A stretch of 62,123 bases of DNA, the filler included, from Choristocarpus tenellus KU-1152 (taxonomy: Eukaryota > Protista > Phaeophyceae): assembly GCA_964200185.2 (NCBI GenBank). It is 9 parts of 9 records of this genome, joined end to end, with 100 filler letters (N's around TTAATTAATTAA, not from the genome) between each part and the next. Parts side by side here need not be neighbours in the genome. Positions count along the whole stretch, not along the records: positions 17,985 to 33,761 come from CAXNAD020000931.1; positions 33,862 to 39,708 come from CAXNAD020009608.1; positions 39,809 to 43,688 come from CAXNAD020017407.1; 6 more parts are not named here. One strand, given 5' to 3'. This document shows, piece after piece, positions 28,089 to 40,026 of this stretch (its first letter is position 1; every line of letters begins with the position of its first letter). Made by a program: the position numbers and the translations under genes. Below the pieces are notes generated by a model. The model was not told the origin of the DNA and searched no databases. It saw only the letters and a program-made list of their open reading frames with translations.

Positions 28089-28849
28089 CTCCCTCTTTCC
28101 CATAAGTCTATTTCTTTATGCATGTAACTCTTCGGGATGACCTCCGATTTCAAAACGGATTTTTGCATTGGGTTTCTTGACATTTTTTGTACTATTTTAC
28201 CCTTCTCGCTTTCACCCAACGCCGTCAATCCACCAATTCAGCGCCTTCCCGTGGACCTCTTGATCTTCCAGAACCGACATGGGCAACGTACCCTCTCGTT
28301 GCCTCTTTCTGGTCCCCGTGTGCTCTTACCTCGAAGTCGTTCCCCACCAGCCCCTTGAGCACCTGGTTTTATCTCTTAAAGAGACTGCCGTTCCCTCTCG
28401 AGGGTTTCTCCCTCTGTCCCATAAGTCTGTTCCTTTATGCATGTACCTCTTTGGGATGACCTCCGATTTCAAATTGGGATGACCTTGTTGAGGGGGTTAA
28501 GAGGATATGCAACGAGTATGATGCAGAAACCCTTGACAGGGTATGGTAGAGTCTCCTTAAGGGGTACAACCAGGTGCTCAAGGGGCTGGGGGGGAACGAC
28601 TTCGAGGTAGGGCACACGGGGACCAGAAAAAGGCAGCGGGAGGAAAAGTTGCCCATGTCGGTTCCGGTAGATCAAGACACCCACAAGAAGGCACTGAATT
28701 GGTGGATTGATGGGCATTGAGTGAAAGCAAGGAAAGGTATTATAGTACAAAAAACGTCGAGGAACCCAATGCAAAAAATCCGTTTTGAAATCGGAGGTCA
28801 TCCCGAAGAGTTACATGCATAAAGAAATAGACTTACGGGAGAGAGGGAG
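28089..28849. mobile_element. Stowaway-like (mariner-derived) non-autonomous foldback element, 761 bp
   Basis: TA|CTCCCTC...GAGGGAG|TA termini (TA TSD); about 300-bp imperfect inverted arms (28089-~28400 vs ~28540-28849); third copy of the terminal ~65 bp at ~28408-28473. Confidence 0.85.
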
Positions 28850-31800
28850 TATAATCCGGAGTATATACAGAGTGATCACGACAACACCTGCAAACAACAC
28901 ATTCATTTCAAGATGCACGGTATGATCATATGTTCAAATATGAACCAAACTGACTGACTTCATACAGCTACCACATTACACAGGGTATAATCATGATTTT
29001 CAAGAAACAGAATTCTTGCTCATGTTTGGTAGGCGCCCAATTTCGCCAATTGATCCTATTTTGAGGGTTCCTGAGGCCACCTCCATATCCGCACAAGATT
29101 ATAGTCCGAGAACAGTGAAAAAACTAGAGGTAGCATAAGAGAAATGGACTTGACGCCGTAGATTATGCATTATACCAATCTAGAGGTTAGGGGATAAAGT
29201 ATAGCATCACAAACCGTATACTTCAGTTGATGCACCAAAATCCAAATTACTATTTCCAAGGAGAGCACTTTGTGAAGTGAAGGCATGTGTAACACCCGTT
29301 GTATATTGCACAAAACACTTGGAAGACTGACGTGAGGTGACAGTGATAGTGGAAGCGACTCCATTAATTCTTGAAGGCCACATCATGGCACAGACCTGGT
29401 GGCATTTTTAGAGCTTATCTGTGAGATAACTCAGGTTCATAGGGTAGAAAAGCAGCTCTCTTCCAGAGAACTACACACAGGTTGTTCCTAACTGTCAAAA
29501 ATCATACATAGCATTCAATAAGTATCACATTATCCAAATATCTAAGAACATGCACACAAAACAATATATATTTATTGTTATACATCCAAAATTTTCGTCA
29601 GGTTTCCGAGCACCTTGCTTGGCAATATGTTGAAATAGAGGTGACAGTAAGAGATGATAAATTTTCCTATCACTCTTAAGACCATCCCCACAACAATCCC
29701 GGTGGATGACTAGGAGATACCAAAGCTTTGGTAATACTAAGCTTCCTCCACACAGATCCACGGAGGCACTTAAGAGAAAGGCATATCCATCCTATTCTCC
29801 TCACTACGCTTTTCCACCTGTTAACACAGATATTCATACCTTGGACTTACCTTGGACTAGAGTGCTCCACCTGTTTCCCTGCTTTGTTTCAATAAACAGG
29901 AACTTTCCTCCCAAGGATCTACCTGAAATGAAGTGCTGGCCAGTCAATTTTGTGTTTATGTCGGATAGAACCTTCACTGCAGGCGGGGTTATGTGAGGGG
30001 CAGGTCCCATTTGCGATCTAGGACACATTGAATAGTGTGGAAAGTGACAGGTTGCTTTGGACCTTTACAAAAGCAACATTCATAAGGTCAATGAACCTGA
30101 AGAGAGCCGAGCCAGCATCCGAAAGTGCCCCAACATGGAACACCACATCCACGCGGAAGTTCCTGTCCACCGTGAACAGGCTGCCAACCTCCATAGTGGA
30201 AGAGGTGCTGATTCTCCTGGAGACTTGGTCATGCATAGTACTACATACTATGTGTATGTCTGGGCAAGAATATAGCATTAATTTGGACATTATACCTCTC
30301 TATTCATATCCCTTTTTTTTCAAACCGATTTCATCATTGTGAAGAGGGTTGGTTCCCTAATTAGTCAGTTTAAATATGATATTTAGGTGATGTATGTGGA
30401 TTGGGGAAGGTAGAGGACCTTAAAGAAGGGTAAAACCAATACCGAGATTTGAAATCCCTGGTCAGAACCCTTCCGGTTATACACTAGGCATACACATCAG
30501 CCAGAAATTGTCCGAGATTATTGATAGAAATAATGTGGTGTTGATTGGAATAAGGGTGGCGATTCGGAGTTGCTACAATGCAGCAAAAAGGGCATCCATC
30601 ACAGGGACATAAAGTGAGTTGCTGAGGTGTTTGAGAGCCATACTCAGACCATCTTGAAGCTTCGAAGTATCTATAGAAATCGGTAGGATACTAGTGTTTT
30701 GTATCCCAACATTGATCGTAAACGGGAGGGGAATTCTGTTGAAAAGTAGCAACAACGTCAATGACTTATGTGATGCTCTGAAAATTATGTTAACAAATAA
30801 CCTCAATACAGAGTGTGCCCTACCGGCTCAACTGGGTATCCGGCGACCACACTGCAATCCAACATGAATAAGCTTGGTTTAAGGACACGTACAGCCCATC
30901 TTTGTGGTTCCTTGCCGATGAGTGCAATTTACAGGCTAAGGTGGGCAAAACACTTGGTCATTGAGGGACAAAGAGGTTCCAAGACCCTTCCACCAAAATG
31001 AAGACTTCGTCAATGTGGACTAGAAGTTGTTTTTCATCTGCACACGCATTGGGAATCACTACAGCTAAGATTATGACGAGACTCCTGTGGGCAAGGTGCA
31101 GCACAAAGACCACAACACCTTTAACCGAAAACTTCGATAGATAGAGGTATATTAAGTTAACATCATTATTGTCTAAGTTAAGTTCCTTTTGTGATCAAGT
31201 AACCATGATGTGGATAATCCGCGAGGTGGTATTCACGTTTGCGCACCACCTTTTGCTTTTGAGGTCAGTTCTAGATATGTGGTGTGCGTCCGACGCACGA
31301 ACAGCTCGCGGTATCACCAACATCGAAAATGGATTAAAACCAGATATCTGTTGTGACATATCACAACCAATCACAGTGGAAATTGATCAACACGTGAGGC
31401 TGTCAACATACGCCTGGGATGACTCAGTCCCACGTCTCACTCCCTTTCTGAACGTCATATGTGGTGGTTCTCATCATCCCCCATCACACATAGCCAAGAC
31501 CAATGAATCTGGTAGAATTAGGGGTATCATTTTTGGCATGTTGTGCCAACTCAAGAATACATCCCTTATTGCCTGACATGTCTTACGGGCAGAAGACTAC
31601 ATTATGTAACATGTACATATTATAATTGGAACTAACTAATCCCTGAGAGGTTTGTACTCCTCTTGCTGAGATCTGGTAGACAGGGTTTGTGGAGGAGGTG
31701 AGGAGAACTGGTTTGGCGATGGCTGCAACTAGAAGAATAGGAGGATGTAATTGAGCCCTTGGTCAAGGAAGTGAGGGGAAAGCTACTGGATGTGGCATGT

Positions 31801-32980
31801 TCTGCAATCACTGCAACCAGCTTACCTGGATGGGATATTTGTTACAAAATGCTCCCACAGCTTGTCGTGATGGGATATGTAGCTCCAATCCACAAGCGTG
31901 TACATAGGCTGATGATGAGCTCTGATAATGAGAGGCTTGGAAATGGCACCAAAATAGAAAGCCAATAAAATATGTTGGATCTCAAAAAACGATTATTACT
32001 TTAAGATTTGACCGAGATACAGAAAGAACTCAGACATGGGCATCAAACGGTCTCGCAATGACCAAACAAGGAATAAGAAGTCAAGAAATACCACATATAA
32101 AATCTAGGACTTCAAGCTCGTAAAGGTCTTTATGAAACCACCATTATGACCCGTCGCCTGTGAGTTCCCTCCCTAGCATAAAGAATATCTGCCTCAATTC
32201 AAAGAAGGGGGCAATTGTACATAAGTAATCAAATAAGTCTCCTTATCCTATCATGGACGGAGCAGAAACGAAATGAATGTCACTTCCACGTCCTAACATA
32301 TCAGTAGGCAGCTTTGAGATCTAGCAAAGGGGGAAACCTGGAGGAAAACCCTTCCTTCCAATATTTGCCCTGACGACAGATATGCTAGAGTGACACTAAC
32401 ACCTCAGGGCACTCACTCTGCAATTGACTCGGTGTTCAAGAGAGAACCTCCTACACCAAAGGCTCACACTCCTGTCAAAATAGGGTACTGTCATAAACGT
32501 ACTCTCCGCTTTTCAGAAACATAAACACAAATATATAGAGTGACAAAATCGCATGAACAAAGAAACAGGGTAGCGTCATAGAAAGACTCTGATCTCTGTC
32601 ACAACTATGAAGACAGATGAATACAGACACAAAATCACAATAAAATAGAAATAGGATACTGTCATAGAAAGACTCTCCCCTCAATATAACCAAATCTAGA
32701 GTAGGGTGCTGCGACCTACTCCTCAGTATGTAACTATCCCCCCTTTCCCTTTTTTCCATCTCCAGTGTGCTCTTGTTCACTGCTCCCAAAGACCGGAAAT
32801 CTGAGACTTGTCCTACCCTTCTTTTTCTCCTTCTCGAGGTACTAGTCTGAGTATCCAGTCTTTTCTCCTTGTGTCACACCTTCTTGACAGGGGTACCTAT
32901 AGGTGACAGACAAAGCACGTATTGCATTCCCTTAGCCGCCTTGTGCTCTTCTAGAGATGTTGAAAGTGCAAACCTGCACC

Positions 32981-33079
32981 TGAATAGGTGTCTCCGGAGC
33001 AAGGGTATTGACACTTCCTAACAAACACGATAGCCAACTTATATCAAAATCGCAACATGGGATTTTGGTCCCCAAATGG
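32981..33079. mobile_element. MITE family A internal fragment
   Basis: GGTATTGACACTTCCTAACAAACACGATAGCC..AAAATCGCAACATGGGATTTTGG matches family A core; no TIRs. Confidence 0.7.
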
Positions 33080-34095
33080 TGAGCTGAGCATTCTCTTTGG
33101 TATGAAGAGGCCAGATGGACCGCCATGTTACAAAGCACTCCCAGCTTACCATATGAAGGGATAAGTAACTCCAATCCACAAGCCTGTAGGCTTATGATGA
33201 GGCTTGCAGACAGTACCATTGTGGAAATAACATCAAAATACTGGATCTCTCACTGTGATTTTCCATTTTCTGGTTTGATTGAGGTATACAAAGGAGTAAG
33301 GCACGGACAAAGAATGGTCTCACAATGACTAAATAATAAATAAAAAGTCGGGAAGCACAATATATAAATTTAGGACTTCACACTCATAATGGTGTTTTTG
33401 AAACCTCCGTTAAGACCCCTTGGCTGTCATAAGAAGGCTGACGAGGAAGGGAGCGAATCAAGAGGCAAGACCGCAAGAGAGGGTGGTAGTGACGATTTGT
33501 TGGAGTTTTGTTGGTGAGCCTTCCTCCATTTCCCATTGCTGAAGTGTTGCACATATTCTTGATTTGTAGGTAAATGGGGGAGAGAATGAACTAGATCGGG
33601 TCTGCAAATTGCTGCACAAGGGGAAAATGGAGTTCTCGATTGCTTATGCTTCAAGGCCTGCAATGCAGTGGGTCAAAGCATCTGGGGGGGGGGGGTGTCG
33701 GCGTCCGTTTTTCACCCTTTCTTCGATTTTCCCGTTTTTGGTGTGATTTGGTTGCCCGTGTNNNNNNNNNNNNNNNNNNNNNNNNNNNNNNNNNNNNNNN
33801 NNNNNTTAATTAATTAANNNNNNNNNNNNNNNNNNNNNNNNNNNNNNNNNNNNNNNNNNNNATATTCACACGCAGCTTGCGCTGAAACTTTCTTTTCAGC
33901 ACATTGACTCTGACTCAAACAGGCAAAGAAGCCACCCCCCGTTCTCAGTGGTGTTGCCCAACAAGCGATACAAAAGAGAGCAGCATCCATCGAGATTTTC
34001 TGCTTCCGCCCGCTTTCAAGTGGATACCAAATTCAATTCTTTGCCCGATGCTAGATGCACATACATCATACTTTCCTTTTGGGCTGATTACCAAA

Positions 34096-34281
34096 TGATT
34101 AAAGTATCTGGGGGAGTGTTGCTGCTGCCCATTAGGTCTATTTTTTTCACATTGCAATTTTTGGGTGATTTGGTTGCACTTACGCGGGATGGATAATGTA
34201 AGTGCACTCTTCCTGTTTATTGCCCAAATGGACACCCTGCTGTGGACCCCCCCCCCCCCCCCCTCCCAGATACTTTGGGTC
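34096..34281. mobile_element. MITE family B
   Basis: Degenerate left TIR, AGATACTTTGGGTC right TIR; AAA flanks. Confidence 0.8.
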
Positions 34282-36188
34282 AAATGTCAGTCAATCAAAT
34301 CTTTCCATCATTGTGGATAATGGGGATACCCTGTGTGAGTGTTCTGCCAGGTGAGGTCTGTTCAACCTCCTGCCTGATACACAACCCCTGGTTCTGTTAC
34401 ATGAGTGATCACATCTTCCGTACGCTTGAGCCTTCCAGATATCCTACCCAGCCAGCCATTGCACACACCGGACAACAATCCGCTTAACCCCCGGCTCTTT
34501 CTAGCCCACTACTTCTTCTATTCCCCACTCAAACGAGTATGTACGTCACCCCAGTCCAGGCAAAAAAGTCAGATAAGCAATAGATCTGTGAGTGGGTGGC
34601 GCTAAAGTTCCACACCATATAAATGCAACAACAGTCTATTCTTACGAAACGAAAATGAGCAAATATCGAAAAATGTACAGGTAGGTCGCAGAAGCAAGGA
34701 ACTGCGTTTGTTTCTCTGGACATGGTCAAAGAACGTGTGTATATAAAAACAATAGAGGGTATATGAACAAATAAAAGATGTCACTTTTCCACAATGTTGC
34801 TGCGAAGTCTGGAATTCCCCCCGAAGTTGTGACTGACAACGTATCAGGGCTGTATGTTTATGGCACTTCAAGGGTCATGGTATTTATTTGTCACCTCTAA
34901 TAAAATGTTTGGTTACTACAGGTTTACAATCCGTATTGGTTGGACATGGAATGGATCAATGAACCCAATTTTGTCTTTAGAGTATTTTGACGTGGAAGGG
35001 GTTCGATCCGTCAACATCAAACAAGGAACAGGCTCCTCAACTTTTTGACGGGAATTGGGATGACAAATTGAGGTATAGGACAAGACACTCTTCCTTTCTC
35101 ATGTTGATCCACGGTTGTAGCAACTGTTGTAGTGTAGAGGGTCTGAACGATTGAGCGATCGAACAGGTAAATCATGATGAGTGGACGGTATTGCGCATAG
35201 TTTTGAATTGCCAAACTTATTGCGATAGTTTTGAATTGCCAAACTTAGGTCAGGAACTGTAGTTATGTTGGTATCCTTTTTGCATTGCGTAACCGTGCCT
35301 ATCTTGAGCTTACGCGTGGCTTGCTTGTGGTGTCATTGCTGTTGTGAAAACGCCTGCTGTTTCTCTGGTACATGCATACTACCCGAGCTGGTACGGTCTC
35401 AGACTGTTCAATACCCTGAGAATCGGATGACCACCACCGCCCGCTGCTTACAACGGCTCCAAAAATGCATCGCAACAGTGCTATGTCCATGCTCTACATG
35501 ACTTTCTGATTACTCGCCCACCACGCCGAATAACCTCAAATGACGTTTCTTGTTGGGAATGCAGCGAAGCGAGAGAAACTTCCAGTAGATATGATAGCAG
35601 CCGCTGCGCTAGCCTTTGTGGTAATCTCTGGTCATCTTGTGTCAGCTCATAAATACATAGGACTGTCGAAGGCAGTGGCCAATACCAACGGCCTCGTTGG
35701 GGCGCAATCTTCGACATAGCTCGCTCGTGGTTCACAATCAGCACTGTCTGTAGCAGACACCAATATACATTTGTTAGAAATTAAGGTGAGAGGAAGTCTC
35801 CCTCTGCGACACAAACTCCACCTCTATGCAGCAACTGAGATGACCTTGGACATGGGCAACACAACAGAGGACATGTTTCCATATTGCGTACAACCATACA
35901 GTACTATCATGCGTATTCTATGTTGTCCCATTATGTTCGTGGCGTATCACAGCCCCTAAAAAAGATAGATTCCCGAGGATGATATCTTTTGTTTATATTG
36001 TGACAATGTCTGGCTCATTGTTGAAGTGGGCTTATTTATGACCTTCGTATACAACCACACCCTCACCCCCACACGCGCGCACAGAGAGACAAATGCATCG
36101 CCTTAAACTTGGACTGTAAACTGTACTTAACCCTACTACGGGCAGGTGAGACTTGCGATGTAGGCTCCTGGTATGCTCCTACCACAAG

Positions 36189-37197
36189 GCTAAGGGGCGG
36201 TGCTGTCAAAGAGGGGCAGGATGATGATCCATCGGTTTGGACATTGTTTGTGCGCATCTTTGTTACATCCTATCAAAGGGTGGGGTTCCCTGGGAAGGGT
36301 GCCATAGACATAATGGGGGGGGGGCTGATGAGGAGAATAGGGAGGCTGTTGGCTGGTGTTCTAAGGCAACTACAAGGCCAATCAGGGAGGAAGGAGAAGG
36401 GTGAGTGTGGGGGGAATTGAAGACGGGTTAGGGATGGGGGGGAGGGATAGTTGAGTGGTTAAAGTAAGACATGATATCCTTTGTTGTTAGTTATGTCTCT
36501 ATTCTTGTGCCGGTACATGGTGGGCATGTGTGTGGAGTGGGGCTGGGCGTAGATTTGATTGTCCTAACCCTAGCCCAAGTCCAAACCCAAACCCCAAACC
36601 CTAATGTGTGCTTTAGTGTTGTTGTCTAGAGTGTGTGGCAGCAATACCTACTTTAATCTTTTCCTTTTTGTAAGGGTCTGTGAGTATTGACCTGAGCTGC
36701 GTAAAAAAACAAGGATTTTCAAACAGGGTCTTCTGTTGTTTTCGGCAGGTGATACTCAAGTACTCTGCCCCACAATCCCCTGTGTTCCTTATTGCCACCC
36801 TAGGTCTTTGCCAAGACATCACACACGCAGATGTGAATGTCGGTGTAAGTAGCAATGTCGGTATGCAGGCCTTCTGGTTAGTCTCTCTCCAAGAACTTGT
36901 AGCTCTATCTCTATCCACCCCCTCTCATTGGTTGATAGAGTTGACCACCTATCTGCTGCTGTATAGTCTTTGTTAGTGCATGAAGTGCTACAGTTTGGTA
37001 CCTCTGGTAGACCTTAACTACCTCTGACATGTCATCACTGACATTACCATCCCTTGACCCTTTAACCCTTCTTTTGCTTGTGGTGACACAAATCCAATCC
37101 AGTTGTTTACCCAGATGTGTAAGTAGGCTGACTTGTCCCACCCCCCCCAAATAGCAAGGATGATGTTGATGATGCTTGCCCTGTGGCTCAGTCTTGA
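36189..37197 (+). CDS. Probable final exons of an unidentified protein
   Basis: Phase-compatible exons 36189-36279 (..DDDPSVWTLFVRIFVTSYQR), 36749-36844 (VILKYSAPQSPVFLIATLGLCQDITHADVNVG, GTAAGT donor) and 37159-37197 (DDVDDACPVAQS-stop). No family recognised. Confidence 0.4.
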
Positions 37198-38239
37198 TGG
37201 AAATTTCTCCATCTTGAGTGTAACCCTAGCGCTCACTTGTGTGTCATGTGCCTACAACCTTTTAGAGATCAACTTGTTGGTTGTAATGCAGCAGTAACAG
37301 TAGCATGTGTGTATGTATGTATGTATGTATGTATGTATGTATGTGTATGTGTATGTGTTTGCATGACCATATTCACAAGCGCACACGGGTCCTCTATGCA
37401 TCAATCACTCCAGGTATTTTGTATACATGCATGATTGTGATGGTGTGCAGCAGGTGCAGCACATAGTGGAAAGAAAAGGGATGCAATTTCATCACACTTG
37501 GATAAGACATATCGAATGGGAAACGCTAACTATTGGATACAGAAGGTCTGTTGTGACATCATCGATACCATTGGAGGATCATTTGTTTTTTTTTGGAGGG
37601 GGAGGGGAGGGGGTGGAGCAAATGTATATATATCTATCTATTTATTTGTTTTCTCTTATTGTTTGGTATGATTTGTTCAAACTATTTTTCTCCTTTTTTT
37701 CTTTTTTTCCATCTTTTGTTTATTTCTTTTCCATTGCCTCTTTTTTTGTACAGTAGTTAAACTCCAAAAAAGAAAATGAACAAGAAGTTAAGTGTAAGAA
37801 AAGAGTCCGTTTGGTGATGTGCAGTTCGGTTTCCTTTCACCTTGCTTCCTCCTCTTCACTTTCTGTTTTTGCTATTGATGTGTGTTTCAAGCATTGTGCG
37901 GTAGTTTTTCAGCAGAAAATTCTTCAAACTGAGAGTTTGGGACGCACGCTTCAGAATAATAATTTATGTATATTTATAGGGCTGAGTCGAGGTAAATAAG
38001 AGATACCCAGGTTAGGGTTAGGGTTGCATTTTAACTCTGTTTTTTTTTCGTTTTTTTTTTGCAATTCATCCATATTTCCAAAATATTGAAGTTCCAAGGC
38101 TGACTTGAGAGCCTTTACTTTGCTTTTTTTTCCAACTTTTCTGACACAATTCAGAAAATGTCCTAGACATGTAGGTTAAAAAAAGACGAATTTTGTACCT
38201 ACTTTCTAACATCCGTAAAATGAAAAATAAGACAACTCT

Positions 38240-38527
38240 GAGTGAAAGTACCTAGGGTTAGGGTTAGGGTTAGGGTTAGGGTTAGAGGGTGCGATTTTTC
38301 CCCTGTTTGTCCATTTGGAGCTTGGCATCCCACGGGGTTCTTATGACATTTTACTACTCCAAAATGTTTCATGAGTAGGTAAAATGTATACATTATGAAA
38401 AGATGCATCCGGAAGGGGGATATTGACACTTCCTAACGAACACGATAGCCAAAATTACATCAAAATCACAACATTGGATTTTGGCCACCAAATGGACGCG
38501 GCTCTACCCTCTAGGATACTTTGACTC
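38240..38527. mobile_element. MITE family A with (TAGGGT)5 inserted in left TIR
   Basis: TSD TCT/TCT; telomeric tract 38253-38282. Confidence 0.88.
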
Positions 38528-38554
38528 TCTAATTACTTCTCATTTACTTTAACT

Positions 38555-39115
38555 GTGATAGTGACAGTAACAATTGTAGTAGTGGTAGTAGAGTAGTAAT
38601 ATTAATAGTATATTAATAGTGATATGACAGTAATAGTAGTAATAGTGATAATGATAGTAGTAGTAGTAGTAATAGGGTTAGGGTTTGGGTTTGGGTTTGG
38701 GTTTGGGATAGTAATATTATAGTTAGAGTAATATTGATAGTAATAGTAGTAATAGTGATATTGATAGTAATAGCAGTAGCAGCAGTAGTAGTAATAGGGA
38801 TAGGGTTAGGGATAGTGATAGTGATAGTAGTGATATTGATGGTAATAGCAGTAGCAGCAGTAGTAGTAATAGGGATAGGGTTAGGGATAGTGATAGTGAT
38901 GGTAGTAATAGTGATATTTATAGTAATAGCAGTAGCAGCAGTAGGGATAGGGATAGTGATAGTAATATTAATAGTAGTAATAGTAATAGCAATGGTTGTA
39001 GTAATAGTGATATCGATAGGGTTAGGGTTAGGGTTAGTGATAGTAATAGTAGTAGTAGTAATAGTGATATTGATAGTAATAGTAGTAGTAGTATTGATAT
39101 TTACAGTGATGATAA
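38555..39115. repeat. Low-complexity (AGT/AAT/GAT)n tract mixed with TTAGGG/TTTGGG/ATAGGG hexamers
   Basis: Directly visible in the sequence. Confidence 0.9.
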
Positions 39116-39348
39116 TTTCAAATGTTAAAATAACAACAGCTTACAATCACATGGTAATTATTCTCAAAACCTGGGAGGCGTATAAGTTTGCACATAATAC
39201 ACATATACACACATAATATGCACAGTGATACATAGTGTTCCTTGATATGTACTCGGAGTATTCCTTGAGTCCTATAAAGAATTGTTGTAAGAATGATAGG
39301 GAAAGTAATCAGAACATTACTTTTATATATTCTATAGTAGTGATAATC

Positions 39349-39465
39349 TGGATGTGTTACTGTGGATGTATTATTCTGGATGTGTTACTGTGAATGTGTT
39401 ATTGTGGATGTATTATTGTAGATGTATTATTGTGAATGTGTTACTGTGGATGTGTTATTGTGGAT
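39349..39465. repeat. 14-bp minisatellite (~8 copies)
   Basis: GGATGTGTTACTGT / GGATGTATTATTGT variants. Confidence 0.85.
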
Positions 39466-39836
39466 TTCCTGCCTGTAGGATATTGACCTCTTTTCTCTTC
39501 TCAGGTGCACACATTCACATATATACACATAATACATACATGTATACATACACACATACATACAACATACACACATAATACACACATATATATATGTATA
39601 CTATAATATATACTGAAGCAAGTGATTATTGTGTGTAGAGGGCAGGAGATGAAGGAGATCGAGGGCGCTTAGACCGCTACCTACAGAAAAAAAAAGGGTT
39701 ATAATTTTNNNNNNNNNNNNNNNNNNNNNNNNNNNNNNNNNNNNNNNNNNNNTTAATTAATTAANNNNNNNNNNNNNNNNNNNNNNNNNNNNNNNNNNNN
39801 NNNNNNNNCCCCCCCCCCCCCCCCCACCCCCCACAG

Positions 39837-40026
39837 TGGAGACATCGGTAACTACAGAGTCCTCTGTGAACGTGGACCAGAGGCACTGCTGAACAAGCTG
39901 GGCCTGACAAGAGGAAGCACATCAGATGACGCAATGGACATGCTCATAAAGTTGCTCCAGGTGGACCCTGATGACCGCTTTGATTCAGCGAGGGAAGTCA
40001 TTGAGCACCCTTTTTTCACACGCTAG
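39837..40026 (+). CDS. Terminal exon of a Ser/Thr protein kinase (subdomains X-XI)
   Basis: After a polypyrimidine CAG acceptor: ..SDDAMDMLIKLLQVDPDDRFDSAREVIEHPFFTR-stop, matching the kinase 'LL..DP..R.sa.e.l.HPF' motif. Not in the ORF track. Confidence 0.85.

Noticed and set aside
28137-28801. Near-identical ORFs starting MTSDFKTDF on both strands
   Set aside because: A product of the inverted arms of the Stowaway-like element.
38734-39216. 160-aa Ile/Val-rich membrane-protein ORF
   Set aside because: Translation of a triplet microsatellite/telomeric tract.
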